A stretch of DNA of 64,000 nt from Nemertoderma westbladi (Eukaryota; Animalia; Xenacoelomorpha): positions 1 through 64,000 of the forward strand of contig JAUCBJ010008942.1 in assembly GCA_032718475.1 (NCBI GenBank), read 5' to 3'. Shown in pieces: positions 1-13,028 of the stretch; positions within the stretch are counted from its first letter, which is position 1, and each line of letters begins with the position of its first letter. The notes beneath the pieces are model-generated. The model was not told the origin of the DNA. It made no database searches and saw nothing but the letters and a program-made list of their open reading frames with translations. The translations under genes and the position numbers were made by a program.

Positions 1-280
1 CTAATTCGTAGAACTCTTTCTCTAACTTGATAAAGCAGCGATCCCTGCTCTTGAGGTCCTTGAGGTTGTTTAAACAGTTGTCTTTCTACTCGCTCCATAG
101 AGCTGAAGAATCCCTGGGCGTATCCGGCTGAGGACCTCTTCCATACAGCTGGATCGATGGTTTCCTTGGCTACTCCCATCCGGTGTATGTCTTCCCAGGC
201 AGCTTCTGATAAATCAAACGGGAGTCCGGGTCCGGGGAAGTTCCATTGCGACTCGACAATAGACTTCAGTTCTTCACTAG
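1..280 (-). pseudogene. gag: gag fragment of BEL copy B, continuation after the insertion
   Basis: Matches A 49970-50250 (QWNFPGPGLP, DPAVWKRSSAGY). Confidence 0.8.
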
Positions 281-1545
281 TGTCGCTTGCGTCCTTCTGG
301 GCTCCTCTCTGATGACTCCGAGGCGCACCCATGAGGCGGACGCTGTCCCACCACCCTTGGGGCCAGTCCGACTCCGTTTTTATCAGACTGGGCCGGAGGG
401 TAGCCCGATGCTTCCCGGGTTCACTTTTCAATCCCCCGATCACACCGGCACAGCTCGTCGGTGTAGCCAGATGGTCGGCTACTGTCAACTTACTGTGGCC
501 TGACTGTACATTGAGCCAACTCAGAGAGTCAACCGGCGGGTGGACCAGTCGATAGCGATCGAGCATCAAGGTCGCCCTTGAGCCAAACCGACGGTCTTGT
601 CCCAAGCGGGCTTGCGCTACCCACATGGAATATTGACCGTTTTCACCCGCCTCGCCGGCAGTATTGAGGGGAAGTCGGTTCCACAAACAATACTGACTAG
701 CTCGAAAGCTAGGAACAAGTAACCACTTACCAGTCACTGTACACGTGTACTCAACAGATGTTCACAATATCAAGTACACTACGGTAAACACAAAATCTGA
801 CGCATACCACGCACACACAGAGGACATAATCGGGGAAGACAAAATCGGTGACAAAATCAGAGGGGAAAAAATTGTATCGACTAATAAAAAGTCGAGAGTA
901 CTTTATTTTACCGACAGGGTAAAATAACTTTGTGTGCACAAAGTATGCTGGGGCGCAGTAAAATATGGTCCTACTAATAACCGGCGGCGACTGAACCAAC
1001 CGGCAAGGTTTCCCACACTCACTCGCAGTGGCCATACATACACTCACGTATACCACGTACACACACAAACCACAGATTCCAGAGTATCATTCACTCGGAC
1101 CACACTACAACACCAACCCCTCCTTGCAGCCGATATTCCGGGTGCCACCTCCATTCCAATAGTAGTACCAACAGAATCATCAGAACCTGTCCATTCCGAT
1201 GCAACACCTCCATTCCAATAGTGCTACCCTGGGAAAAAACACGTTTTGGCAACCGATCGGAGACAGTACAGAGTCTGGTCAACTCATACATACCAAACAT
1301 AGACCTACCACATAGACCACATAAACCACAGATCACACTAAGCCACCACCCCTACTGTGTACAGGACTGGCAGTACGGCAACAGGCCGACTAGACGGTAC
1401 CACGGCACCATGTTGATTCATGGTTCGTAAGACACGAGGGCCTTCAGTAACTCCCTTGCACTATAGTTACAATTTAACGTGCCCCCAGACCCTCACGAGC
1501 CCGCCGCCGCCTGTTCGGGACACCCCTATAGAGACCTCACCTCCT
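281..1545. mobile_element. Unclassified ~1.26-kb insertion splitting gag of copy B
   Basis: gag similarity to A stops at ~1546 and resumes at ~280 with little or no host sequence lost. No recognisable domain or clear TSD. Confidence 0.55.
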
Positions 1546-2001
1546 TAGGCATCCCGCGTAACTATCTCTAGTTGACCGTTGACTTCTCGCCCAATCGATC
1601 TGGTGTTCTTCCCCCGCGATCAATAACCCAGCGAGCACGGCTGCAGGAAGGATGAGAAGGGGATCCGTATAAACCGCATCCGTCATCTCTGCTCCGCTCT
1701 CGGGTGTCAGCTCTACAGTATCCTCACTACTGGAGCTGCTGGGCCGCTGAGGAATAAGTTCTTGACTAGTGGGTTGTTGCTGTTCCGCTGCCTTTTGGTC
1801 CCGCTTGACCTGAGCTCGAGTGCCTATGATAGACCTACGATGTTGGACTAGCCTAGGTTCTGTTATTACTACTGGAGGGATGACCTTCCTCACAGTGGGA
1901 GGTGAACTGGATTTACGACCAGACGGTTGTACGTCTCTATCTGAGTCGCAGATAGTTACATCTAATAAACTGTCTGACAGGTTCTGCTTAGTATCAGACA
2001 T
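1537..2001 (-). pseudogene. gag: gag N-terminus of BEL copy B, interrupted
   Basis: 154-aa ORF closely similar to the first ~152 aa of ORFs 49075-50709 and 54335-55879. Confidence 0.85.
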
Positions 2002-3364
2002 GACTAGGTATGTACAGTTGAATGCCTACTGCTATATTACAGTCTAAGCAAGTCTAGTAACTCAGTATGAACTGCTAGCCTAGTAATTAATTACCGGTAC
2101 TGCTACTCAGTGTAGCGCGATATATATATAATATATTAGAATACCGGTATACTTATAGTATATATAACTATATAAGTATTATTACAGACTAGGTTTATCT
2201 CAGAATACCGGTATAATTTTAGCACAAATATATATAAATATATAATAGGCCTATCGGAATACCGGTATACAGCTTACAGTTTGTAGTATATATAATTCTG
2301 GACTAGAATTAATTACAAGTACCGATATAATTTCAGCCTAAATTTATAGAAATAAAGATAATAGGCCTATCGTAAATACCGGTATATCAATTATTTTAAA
2401 TAATTGAATTTCTGAATTTTTAGGGTTACTTGGTTACTTTACTTACTTTATTACCGTTATTTGAGCAGTAATCCAACTGATATTGAGACCTAATGGTAGG
2501 CCTACGATTTATAAATCGTTAGATTTGATTTATAATATATATATACCCGTTTTAGTGGGTTTTGTCAATGTTTGAAATAAATGTTATTATTTCTGGGGTA
2601 ATCACTACACAAAGCGGTGCGCTTTCAATGAAGTGTTACTTATGAGACACTAAAACAAATAATACTAATTTACCTAAGTTACTTAATACTACGAATTACG
2701 TACAATTCGGGTTGAGATTACAATCTCTAAATAAACACAAAATTTACAAAACACAAATACGAATTTTTAGGGTATTTTTACAAGAAGTCTACAAACCAGC
2801 CTAACAAAGGGTTAGAAAACTGGTTCTTACAACGGACAGGGTACTACGGTATTTGAAATAATAAGTAGTAGTAAATACACTGCGTTGTCCAGATAGAAAA
2901 ATACCACCGCCTGACGACCTATAGCCGTATCGCTATAGGTTCTACGTTATGTATCACGGAGTGTTCCTACCTAGAAGTTAATAGAGCTAATCGAATGTGC
3001 CTATCAACCACTTTACAACACAGATATAATGTCTACAATAATTACTTCAGGAAAGCACTGTACACTAAACCCTAAATTAGGTACGAGTACTTGTACAACA
3101 AATAATCAGTAGTTAAATATACTTGAACAGCTAAAAGAACCACGGCATCTGCTGGAGTGACCGATGCACAAAATCACCAGTCTTTACCTACGCCGAGCAG
3201 CCCGTATAGTACCGGGGTTAATTTAACTATAGCGGTATGTATAACAAACACAATTACTGTAGGAACAAACTTAGGGAATGAATGTTGCGGATAATCGCAT
3301 AAACTCTGAATAATAAATATTACGCTACGCGTACAAACTACTCAAATAAAATACAGACCGAACA

Positions 3365-3880
3365 CTGACAGACTACTATCAAGCCTAAACAAACTACGGT
3401 ATATGCAGACTCCGAAATGATTAGGGAGTATGCGCTCTAACCCAGTAGTGCGACTTATTCTTTAGTTGGGGGATTACCTTACAGCGTTCGCTGCCCCTAC
3501 TGCCTAATCGTACTTAATCGGACAGATGATCTACACACGCGGCAATCCGTTCAGACCTAATAACAGCCAGACAACTATCCAGCCTACAAATTATCTAAAT
3601 AAAATTATACGCTACCCGTACAGACTTACACAAACAAAGTACAGACTAAACGATGGCAGACTACTCTCAAGCCTAAATAAACTACAGGACATGCAGACTC
3701 CGAAATGATTAGGGAGTATGCGCTCTAACCCAGTAGTGCGACTTATTCTTTAGTTGGGGGATTACCTTACAGCGTTCGCTGCCCCTACTGCCTAATCGTA
3801 CTTAATCGGACAAGTGCTCTACACACACTGCAATTCGTTCGGACCTAACAGCAATCAGACAACAGCTCAGCCTACAAATT
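3365..3880. repeat. ~290-bp direct duplication in the BEL leader
   Basis: cagactact.tcaagcctaaa...cagcctacaaatt occurs at ~3370 and ~3657. A has an equivalent duplication (~51833/52121). Confidence 0.8.
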
Positions 3881-4174
3881 GTCTGTCCAATCTGATCAGG
3901 TTTACACGCCTTCTGTTCAATACTGGCCTACAAACAAATAAAACTGACAGAAATAAGTAAGCTCCAAAAGAAACAAGGGGTGTACAGTCCCTAATCTCTT
4001 AAACAGCCTACCGGTATACAACAATCAAATCGAATAATACTAGTGTACTTATACGGCAGTACCGGTTCTAGCGGTTGGGCCTACTGACCTACAGGTGTAC
4101 TGTTCAGGTTTACCGGTTGACCGGTACTTTCAACTTTATTGCTTACTGCAATAAAGAAGCTATATATCCTTTAA

Positions 4175-5374
4175 TGTTCGCGCTTTCAGACCTTTGGCAG
4201 TTTAACCCACCAAATTAAGATGTCTTCTAGATATTAAATCTGCTTTTAGTCTATGACAAGTATTTGATTCACTACACTAGTCGAAACCAATCCGTGCGCG
4301 ACCATTCACCCGCTGGATATTCCCGGGAGATTGGGTTCGACGGTTTAATTTTTATTGCTATGTAAGCCTAATGTATTATTCGACTGACAGTATTATATAA
4401 TCTCTGACAATATTATTCACCTTCGGGAATATTAACAGTTCCTTTAGGACGTGGCGCTTCATCTACATAAACAGAGTTATGACTTAAACTACTCACAACG
4501 ATATGGCTTAATTATAATCCACATATATGGCGCATTCTTTAGGAATTGCTTCTTTAACAGACCCACTCATACACAATGCTGCACAATACTGCACACTAAT
4601 CTGCCAATCTTCACTGATTTTAGTCACATATAAAAGGAACACAGGCTGACTCATGTAGGGTCTATCAAATAACATTAGATTCACTTCAAACCACTTTAAC
4701 ATAAGTCACAATCGTTATTGGTAACCTTTCTCTCTTACCTTCGGTATATCAAGATTATTGGGTTTCGGGGTTATTTATCGTTATTCCAAATATAATTATT
4801 CATCAACCATATTATGAAGAACTGACAGCAAATAGCAGTATAAAACAACAAGTCAGTACCGGTATGTCAGCAATGAGATATAGGCATGACGTTTGTTAAA
4901 GGATATATGCCCTTTATAATTAAACCTACCAGTGTACGACTAAAAAGCAGTACAGCACAAAATACTTCCAAGCCGTTCTTTCTTTGGCTCAGGACTGAAT
5001 GTAAACACTGCACATAGGCATTGCGTCATTTCTCGGAAATTCTCTGTACAAGGAGCCACAAAAACGCTCTCATTGGCTGACTGAACTGAGAGACGCCGTA
5101 GAACAAAGGAAATCAACAGGTATGAATGTCAGCTGTTAACCGTAGTCATAGTAACTACTGTTCAAGAGTAGCTATCACCCTTTTGCGTCACGAATTGCCA
5201 TAGAATCATAAAATATGCCTTTCACAGTACACATACAGAGGAAATAGGTCTTAGATCCTCTAAAAACACAGATACAGCAATAATACGGTCTCTTACACTT
5301 ATTAAATCAACTACGGAGTATTTTAATGTAAAAGATAATAAAAATAACGGGGCAATTCAGCAAAGGCTTTTACA
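4175..5374 (-). repeat. 5' LTR of BEL copy B
   Basis: TGTTCGCGC...GCTTTTACA termini. Homologous to A LTRs (TGTACGCGC...GCTTTTACA). Confidence 0.85.
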
Positions 5375-5420
5375 ATTAGAGTATAATCAATTAGTTTCAG
5401 TATACAGTAAAGATAAGAAA

Positions 5421-5855
5421 ATGGCTACATCGCTGGTTGAGGAGTTGGGAAATGGAGGACCTGTAACTACGCCAGCTGAATTATTACAGCTTGCTGGCGA
5501 GATTAATAACGCCCTTATAGTGTTACCCGAACACGAAAAGTATGGTAATCATCCTGATATTCTGAAGGATGTGCTCCGACGACTAAATAAGCGCTATCGA
5601 AGTAAGTGGAGGAAATTAGATGTGAAAATTGAAGAGAGTAGGCAAACACTGACACTGAAGCACCTGCACGACCTTATCGCTACGGAAGCACTAGCTGAGG
5701 TGAGCTCTAATTTCACAGACGAATGCTTACAGGTGGACAAACGACTCAAGGTTAGCATAAATACTGAGCGATCCCGTCTATCATTTAATTCAGTAGGCCA
5801 AGTTGGACCATCACAATCTGCTTCACAAAGTCGATTCGACCATAAGGTTGAATGA
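5421..5855 (+). pseudogene. gag: gag fragment of an older, different BEL/Pao element (E)
   Basis: DVLRRLNKRYRSKW...LTLKHLHDLIATE resembles the BEL gag helical region (cf. A: STLPKGGVCTRWD...TMADLMSFLDGE). Colinear with zinc knuckles and protease at 13.8-15 kb. Confidence 0.6.
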
Positions 5856-5859
5856 TGGA

Positions 5860-6590
5860 CCGTAAGGTCCATCATAGTAGACATGTAACGAACAACAAGA
5901 GTCCCACAAGAAATGAAAACAAATAAGTTGGTGCCAGTTCCCAAGAAGGGCAACCTAACACTCCATGGTTCTTTTCGGGGAATCTCATTGATCTCGATTG
6001 CTGCAAAGCTATACAATAGAATTCTATTAAATCGCAACCGGGATCCCATCCTGAGACTGCTCTGAAATCAGAATGGGTTCCGTAAAGGTCGTGGGACCAT
6101 GGACCCCTTTTTGGCACTTAGAAGGATAATTGAAGAGTTATCAAAAAAGAAAGAGAGGCATCTGGCTGTTATCTTTGTTGACTTCTTCAAGGCCTTCGAT
6201 TCAGTCTCTCGCTCACGTATCTTAAGCATACTTTCATTATATGGCATTCCTGATGAAATTATTGCAGCAATCAGATCAGTATACAATGGTTCGACAACAT
6301 TTGTGTCTACTGTTGACTGTGACACAGAACCATTTGAAGTGTTATGGGGCGTCCTCCAGGGAGACACACTTGCACCATTCTTGTTCATAATTGTTGTTGA
6401 CTATGTTCTACGCATGTCCTTAGATCATCATAATGATGATGGGGTGATGATAACTCCACCTACTGGCTCCAGAAGTTGCGGAAATCCTGCCAAGTACCCA
6501 ACTGATCCAAACTTTGCTGATGACTTAGGAGTACTCTCAGAATCACTAGAGGGAGCCCAATGGCTTCTCAGCTCATTAGAACATGCTGCT
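5860..6590 (+). mobile_element. 5'-truncated RTE-like LINE, RT fragment (left part; degenerate)
   Basis: PVPKKG, RGISL, QNGFR, FVDFFKAFDSV, GVLQGDTLAPFLF and FADD motifs, with stops/frameshifts. Left boundary approximate. Confidence 0.85.
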
Positions 6591-7143
6591 TGTGACGGGA
6601 TCCGAGAATCCCGACCGGTGTTGTTTATGTACGCGTCCCCGCCGTGTGATTGGAAAAGATAGGAGTCTGCTGTTCCGATGTTATTGGGTAATACAGAATA
6701 TAGTGTATGATATACAGATATAGGTATAATCAGTAGCAACAGCACAGTTGACCGGTAATATGGGTGACGGTCTTAAACTGTCACCGTACTGCCATGACTG
6801 TACTGAGATAACTGAGTGACTGAATAACACCGACCGGTAATATACTACACTACCTTTGGCCGTGTTACTCAGCTGATGCCCTGCTGTCCCCCCATTGGCT
6901 AGTAACCTAATTCTCGCCCTGAACTTTGTGGGAGTGTTTCTCCCCCGCTGCTGTTACTCTCTCTCCTTGAGGTAGCTTGACCTCTAACCTCTATTGTGTG
7001 AGGCCCTTTGGGGTTTGTCGTCCCCGTTTATTGGGGGTGGTACGAGGTTGATTGGCAATCAACCTCGTGCTTCCCAATATTGCTTAAAGGCCCTGCTTTC
7101 CCACTTTATGGGGGTTGGTGAGGCGGAATTGAATACGCTCACA
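6591..7143 (-). repeat. 3' LTR of D1
   Basis: TGTGACGGGATCC...CGCTCACA, adjacent to the PPT. Confidence 0.9.
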
Positions 7144-8269
7144 CTCCCCCCCATGCTATCTTCCCGGTGAGAAGATAGCATCCACCTTTAGTGCGCTACA
7201 ATTCCGCTGGATCCCGATCAACCATCGGGTGTGGGGTGGAGTTATTTTCTTCGGAGCCGGCTTTCCAGGCCGCTCCTTATGGGTATGATAGTCGCTACCC
7301 TCGTCTTGGTGCAACTCTATCTACCTTGCACCAAGACATCTGGTGTCTCAGTGTCGGGCCGATTGTGTGCTTCTCTCACACAATTTTTGTTTCCCCAACA
7401 CTCTCTTCACTCTAACTCTGACTCTAACTTCCCCTTTACTCTAACTCTCGGAACTCCTCGTCCCTCACTCATCTCTCACTCCTCCCCCCCCCCCCCCACA
7501 CCTGAATTGCACTCGCACTCTCTCCTCGCATTCTCTACTCAACCTCTCGCTATCTTTCTTCATATTCCTGATCATACTCTTCACTCCCATATTCCTCACT
7601 CTCCACGCCTGTGGTCCCATGAAGTGCCCCTCCTACTCATATCCTGGTAGTGCCTATCTGCACGATTCTTATCCCGCAGGATACGAGCTTTCACAATAAA
7701 TCCTGAGCTCCGCCCTGTTGTTTAATGACCACACACTTATCGGGTCCCACACATGTGTGCACCATGTTACTGGGAGCCGCCCAAGTCCCGTCCTGTCGCC
7801 CTAGTCAATTAGTCCCCAGTCCCAGTAGCTAATTGGAAAAAGGTTGTGCTTGACTACGGTACATACTGTATAATATATATGAATTACTATATAATTATTA
7901 TAAGATTATAATTATAATTATTATATATATTATATTATATGCTCGTCTACATAGCGCGTTTCATTCCTACTACTCACTACTCTCTCTCCGCCTTTCTCGC
8001 CTGGCGTCTTCTTCCAGTCGCTTCCCCTCAAGTCTATCCGCTTCCGACTTCTCCCACCTCTGATATGTGTATCCACCTCCCTGTCTACTAGATGCCGGCT
8101 GTTGTATTACACCGACTCGCCCTCCAGCCCCGGGTGGTCTACCAGACCTTCGAAGGCCACCTAGAAGGCCCTTCTGTAGTTCGGAGGTGATCCTGATATT
8201 CTTAACTTTTATTTTAATTTTGTTTACCCATGTTCCCCCTGTCTGCGCTATTATCCTATCTGCCCTTTC

Positions 8270-9560
8270 TAGCTACTACTTCTATGGTCTCTACTCTCTT
8301 ACTGCTAACTCTACTGACTCCACTAGCTCTACTAACTCCCTAGCTCTACTAACTCTACTGACTAGCTCTACTAACTCTACTAACTCCCTAGCTCTCTAAC
8401 TCTACTGACTCTCTAACTTCTACTAACCCTCTACCTCTACTAACTCTCCAACTCTACTAACTCTCTACTTCTGCTAACTCTACTGACTCTCTACTAACTC
8501 TACTACACTCTACTGTCTCTCTACCTCTAACTAACGGTACTACGTACCCTCTTACTACTCTTACTAACTCCTCTAGCTAACGGTACTACATACCCTCTTA
8601 CTACTCTTACTAATGATGCCCTTAGCGCCCACAGGTTTTACACTTTCCATACTCCTTGGCAATAGCATGGTACATACCCCCCTCCTTTTGTGCCCTCTCT
8701 ACTACTCTACTACCTGGCACCCTATGTGCCCTCTCTACTACTCTACTACCTCTAACTTCTGCTACCACCTCTATCTACGTGGCGCTTGCGGTGCCCACAA
8801 CCACTCTGCTTACTACCTCCATCTACGTGGTGCTTACGGTGCCCACAACCACTCTACTACTTCTAACTCTCTAACTCTACTACCTGGCACCCTATGTGCC
8901 CGCCTCTACTACTCTACTACCTGGCACCCTATGTGCCCGCCTCTACTACTCTACCTGGCACCCTCAACTATGGCTATGTATACATGCTCCCCCTCAATTC
9001 CGTACGTGACGCCCTCAGTGCCGTCAAAGGTGCTCATACTTCCCGTACTTCATACAAGGTACTCCTACACCTAGGTGCTCATACTTCTCATATTTCATAC
9101 AAGGTACTCCTACACCTAGGTGCTCATACTTCTCATATTTCGTACGAGGTACTCTTACACCTATGCATACACCTCGGCACGTCCGTACCCTTTCCGTCCA
9201 ACCCACCAGACTACTCAATAACTTATGGGCCACCCCTTCATCACGCATCTCTCCCGCCTCTATCTACTTCCTCTACATCTACTCCCTCTACTCTATCTAC
9301 ATCTTATCTCCTCTACACCTACCTTACATCTTATCCCCTTTACGTCTCCTCGCCTGCACGTGACGCTCTGAGTGCCGGCAAAGTGGGTATGTTAATTATG
9401 TGAACTACTACTAACTCTTACTAACTCTACTAACCGGTACTACGTACCCTCTTACTAACCTCTAACTCCACTAACTCTTACTAACCGGTACTACGTACCC
9501 TCTTACTAACTCTAACTAACTCTACTACTAACTCTCTTACTACTCTACTACACTCTCTTG
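8270..9560. repeat. Low-complexity (CTCTACTAA)-type and short tandem repeats inside D1
   Basis: Many ctctactaa / ctacctggcaccctatgtgccc units and three ~46-bp ggtgctcatacttc... units. Confidence 0.75.
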
Positions 9561-9717
9561 TGCCCGGCACCTCTTGTGCCCGGCACCCACCCTAATTAAC
9601 ATACCCTGCTCTTACATCAAACACGTCATCACGCCCGTGCCCTACTTAGTTCAACGCATCCCCTGTACCCTTCTCATCTCTCCCATCTTTCTCCTCTAGC
9701 TCACCCTACTTGTTTCC

Positions 9718-11080
9718 CTACTTGTTGCTTGTTCTATACTGCGGATATTTGTAATGGGGGAATGTCACCCTGCCCCCCCCCCCCCCCACCGGTGTTATGT
9801 TTGGTACTGGGGTTGATGTTAATATATTGGGGCCCATACACCTATCTGCAATATCCCCCTCAACCGGGTATTTGCATATATTGTTTTTGTCCAATCTTCC
9901 CGGCTTGTTTATATTGCCTATCTGCAATATCCCCCTCAACCGGGTATTGTTATGTCCCTGGATATTATAGTCATGCTGCTGTGCTGGTACCGATATAGGC
10001 CTATCCACTTCTTGCCTACCTACCGGTATGTACTCCGCGACTTCCGGGTTTAATCCCGTCGTCCGCGCTACCCTATCGCCTACACTATCTCTCCCAGCAT
10101 GGCCTATAATAGTATGTGCAGTAAGGCCTACAGTATGTCCTGCAGTCTGCATGTGCCCTTCCGAACCGAAGTTTAATCTTCTCGAATCTCGAATCTCCCC
10201 GCGACTACCGTACTCTCGATCGGCAGCTATATCCCGTCGGGAAGTTTCTCTTCGATCCCCTCTTCTGTTCTCGTCTTCGTATCGGTACACTCCTGTACCC
10301 CTCTCTTGGCGTGCGGTGCGTCTCTCCGGGGCGACGGCAATCTCCCGAAGTTCGACCCCACTGACTCCCTAACTCCATCTCTACTACCGACGGCTCGCTA
10401 TCCGTCCTCGCTCTCCGGTTGCTCGTAGCAACGCTTCTTCTAGTCTCTTCTCTTCTTCTCTCTTCGACCTCTCGGTTAAACTCTACTAATCTTCTTCTCT
10501 CTTCTGACTGGGCTCGACGTCTCATCGCTCGCCCACTCTCGGCGCTAACATCTGACTCTACTCTGTCCGGCTGGACCCTCCTGGGGATACTCGTCATCCC
10601 CCTACTATTCTCCGTCGTCGGGTGCCGCGGTCACCTAACTTGCCCCGCGCATTATCCGCCGATGCCTGTGGGACATTCTCTGCCCCCCCTCTCTCGCTAC
10701 TAATCTCTCGTGGTGGGGCGCCCGTAGCCCCCCCCCCCCCCCACCCGCCACTTCTAACTTCACTATCTCTTACTACACTTCTGCGTCCCTCTTGTCGGAC
10801 ATTCTCTACCCCCCCCCCCCCTCTCTCGCCACTAATCTTCCGTGGTGGGGCGCCCGTAGCCCCCCCCCCCCCCCCACTCGCCACATCTAACTTCACTATC
10901 TCTTACTTCACTTCTACACCCCTCTCTAGTCGACGCACTGTCTCTACTGCGGCTGGGTCTATTCACCCCCGCCTCTCTCTCTACTACTGCGTGGCCTACC
11001 AGGCCCACCTCGGGTTGACTCAACCCCGCTACTCCCTGCCTACTAACTACGTGGCCTACCAGGCCCCCTTGGGTTCTCAC
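9718..11080 (-). pseudogene. Fragmented Arg/Glu/Gly-rich ORF of D1, function unknown
   Basis: Overlapping minus-strand ORFs (10832-11080, 10594-10896, 10205-10597, 9718-10290), some broken at poly-G runs. No recognisable domain. Confidence 0.35.
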
Positions 11081-11460
11081 CCCGCTACTCCCGCCACTAA
11101 CTCGTGGCCTCAGGCCTCTTGGCCGGACTACCTGTGTCTACATTAGTATTAATAGCCCCGTTATCAATATTATTATTTATTCTAAATTATTATTATTAAT
11201 TTAAGATTATTATTTAATTATTTTGTATTTAATTTAATATTATTATTTCGAATTATTTGGATATTAATATTATTATTTGGAATTTGAATTTAAATTACCG
11301 GGTAAAATATATTTCCTGTAATAAAGGTGATTAGGGTTATCTACTACGGTACTATTAATATTAACATTTCCTAATCGTATTATTATTACCCCCCCCCCCC
11401 CCCCCGCCCGTACGGTTACACCAGTCTTGGGTCTGTCGTCCGGTCCCTGTAAGTGGGGTA

Positions 11461-12403
11461 TTAACAAACGTTTCTCTCTCTCCATCCTCCTCGCAGACTT
11501 TGCTCGGCCAACTCTGTCTCTCTCGCAACCCTCTCAAGCCACCTCGCCTCGCGCTCTTTACACTCGCTCGCCCTTCTCGCCTCACGCTCTTTACGCTGAC
11601 ACGCCAGATTTATTTCTAACACCCTTCTTTCTTTTGCGGAGGATGTAGCAGACTTATCGGTTGCGACGGACTCCCGTCGCCCCTCCGTCCTACTAACTTT
11701 CCCCCGCTTTCCGGGGTTCTCGCTGACCGACGAGACCGAATCCTCGGAGTTAACCTCGGATTCGCCCTCGTGCGGTCCCGCCCAACCCACTAACTTAACT
11801 CCCCTGGCATCAACTAAGTATGGCCCTATGTACACTACACCAGGCTCCATACCCCTACATTCCCACAGTTCAAACAGTTCGGTGGCAACCCCTCTCGCTC
11901 TCTCATCGGCTAGTTCTCCCTGCCCAAAGCGCACTAGATAATCAAAATGTTTATTCGACTCACCTAGCCGCTTCTCTAGCTTCACCTGGTCTATCTTCGC
12001 CCCTCCTTGGCCTTCCTTTACTGTTCCTTCGTGGCGTTGTAGGCCCGTCGGAGCCGGTCGCTAACTCCGACGTCCTCGTCGCCGACATCCCCTCTTTCTC
12101 TCCGTGTCCGGCGTCGTACCGGCGGCCCCACCATCGCCGTTCCGGTGGGCCGTCCGTCGCCCTCGGCCTGTGGCTGGCCGGCGACATCGGTACGTCGACC
12201 GCCGTCGTGCGTCGACTCGTCTCTCCCTTCTCTCGACTCGTCTCTCGTCCTCGTTGTAGACGGCCCCCCTCCGCTTGGATTGCCGGATCGTTCGTCGTCG
12301 ACGAATCCGGCCTCGTGGGTCGATACCGTCTCGCCGTGGCCTCGCGGATCGTTAGGTTGTCGTCCGGGGTCCGCGGCGGTGTCGTCTCTCCTTCTTGGCT
12401 CAT
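11461..12403 (-). pseudogene. First ORF of D1 (gag-position protein, frameshifted)
   Basis: ATG 60 nt after the 5' LTR. Overlapping ORFs 11960-12403 and 11461-11985. Assigned by position only. Confidence 0.4.
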
Positions 12404-12463
12404 CTTTATCTCTGGTGGCTGGCAGTCACAGTTCTCAGCTAGGCAGTTCTTAGAGTTTAAGAC

Positions 12464-13023
12464 TGTGACGGGATCCGAGAATCCCGACCGGTGTTGTTTA
12501 TGTACGCGTCAGCCGCACCGTGTGATGAAAAGGTTTGTTCATTCTTAATAATATAGATATATATGTGATGTACAGATGTAGATACAATAGCAGATAGCAA
12601 CTGGTTATATGTTAATAGACCGGTAATATGGGTGACGGCGGTGATGGTCTTAAACTGTCACCGTACTGCCATGACTGTACTGAGATAACTGAGCTGACTG
12701 AATAACACCGACCGGTAATATACTACACTACCTTTGGCCGTGTTACTCAGCTGATGCCCTGCTGTCCCCCCATTGGCTAGTAACCTAATTCTCGCCCTGA
12801 ACTTTGTGGGAGTGTTTCCCCCCCCCCCCCGCTGCTGTTACTCTCTCTCCTTGAGGTAGCTTGACCTCTAACCTCTATTGTGTGAGGCCCTTTGGGGTTT
12901 GTCGTCCCCGTTTATTGGGGGTGGTACGAGGTTGATTGGCAATCAACCTCGTGCTTCCCAATATTGCTTAAAGGCCCTCTTTCCCACTTTATGGGGTGGT
13001 TAGTGGAATTGAATACGCTAACA
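12464..13023 (-). repeat. 5' LTR of D1
   Basis: TGTGACGGGATCC...CGCTAACA followed by TSD CTGCT. Confidence 0.9.
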
Positions 13024-13028
13024 CTGCT

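Larger units (their letters stand above)
1..5374 (-). mobile_element. BEL/Pao LTR retrotransposon copy B (5' LTR, ~2.2-kb leader and gag N-terminus; continues beyond the left window edge)
   Basis: Colinear similarity to element A (49990-53929) across gag start (MSDTKQNLSDSL), leader and LTR. Confidence 0.9.
6591..13023 (-). mobile_element. Non-autonomous LTR retroelement D1 (6.4 kb, no recognisable pol)
   Basis: Near-identical LTRs 6591-7143 and 12464-13023 (TG...CA). 5-bp TSD CTGCT (6586-6590/13024-13028). PPT GGGGGGGAG on the minus strand at 7144-7152. The LINE frame rejoins across it (LEHAA|SSVGLFIN). Confidence 0.92.

Noticed and set aside
8067-12548. Plus-strand ORFs in D1
   Set aside because: Antisense to the element and low-complexity; openness is explained by C/T skew.
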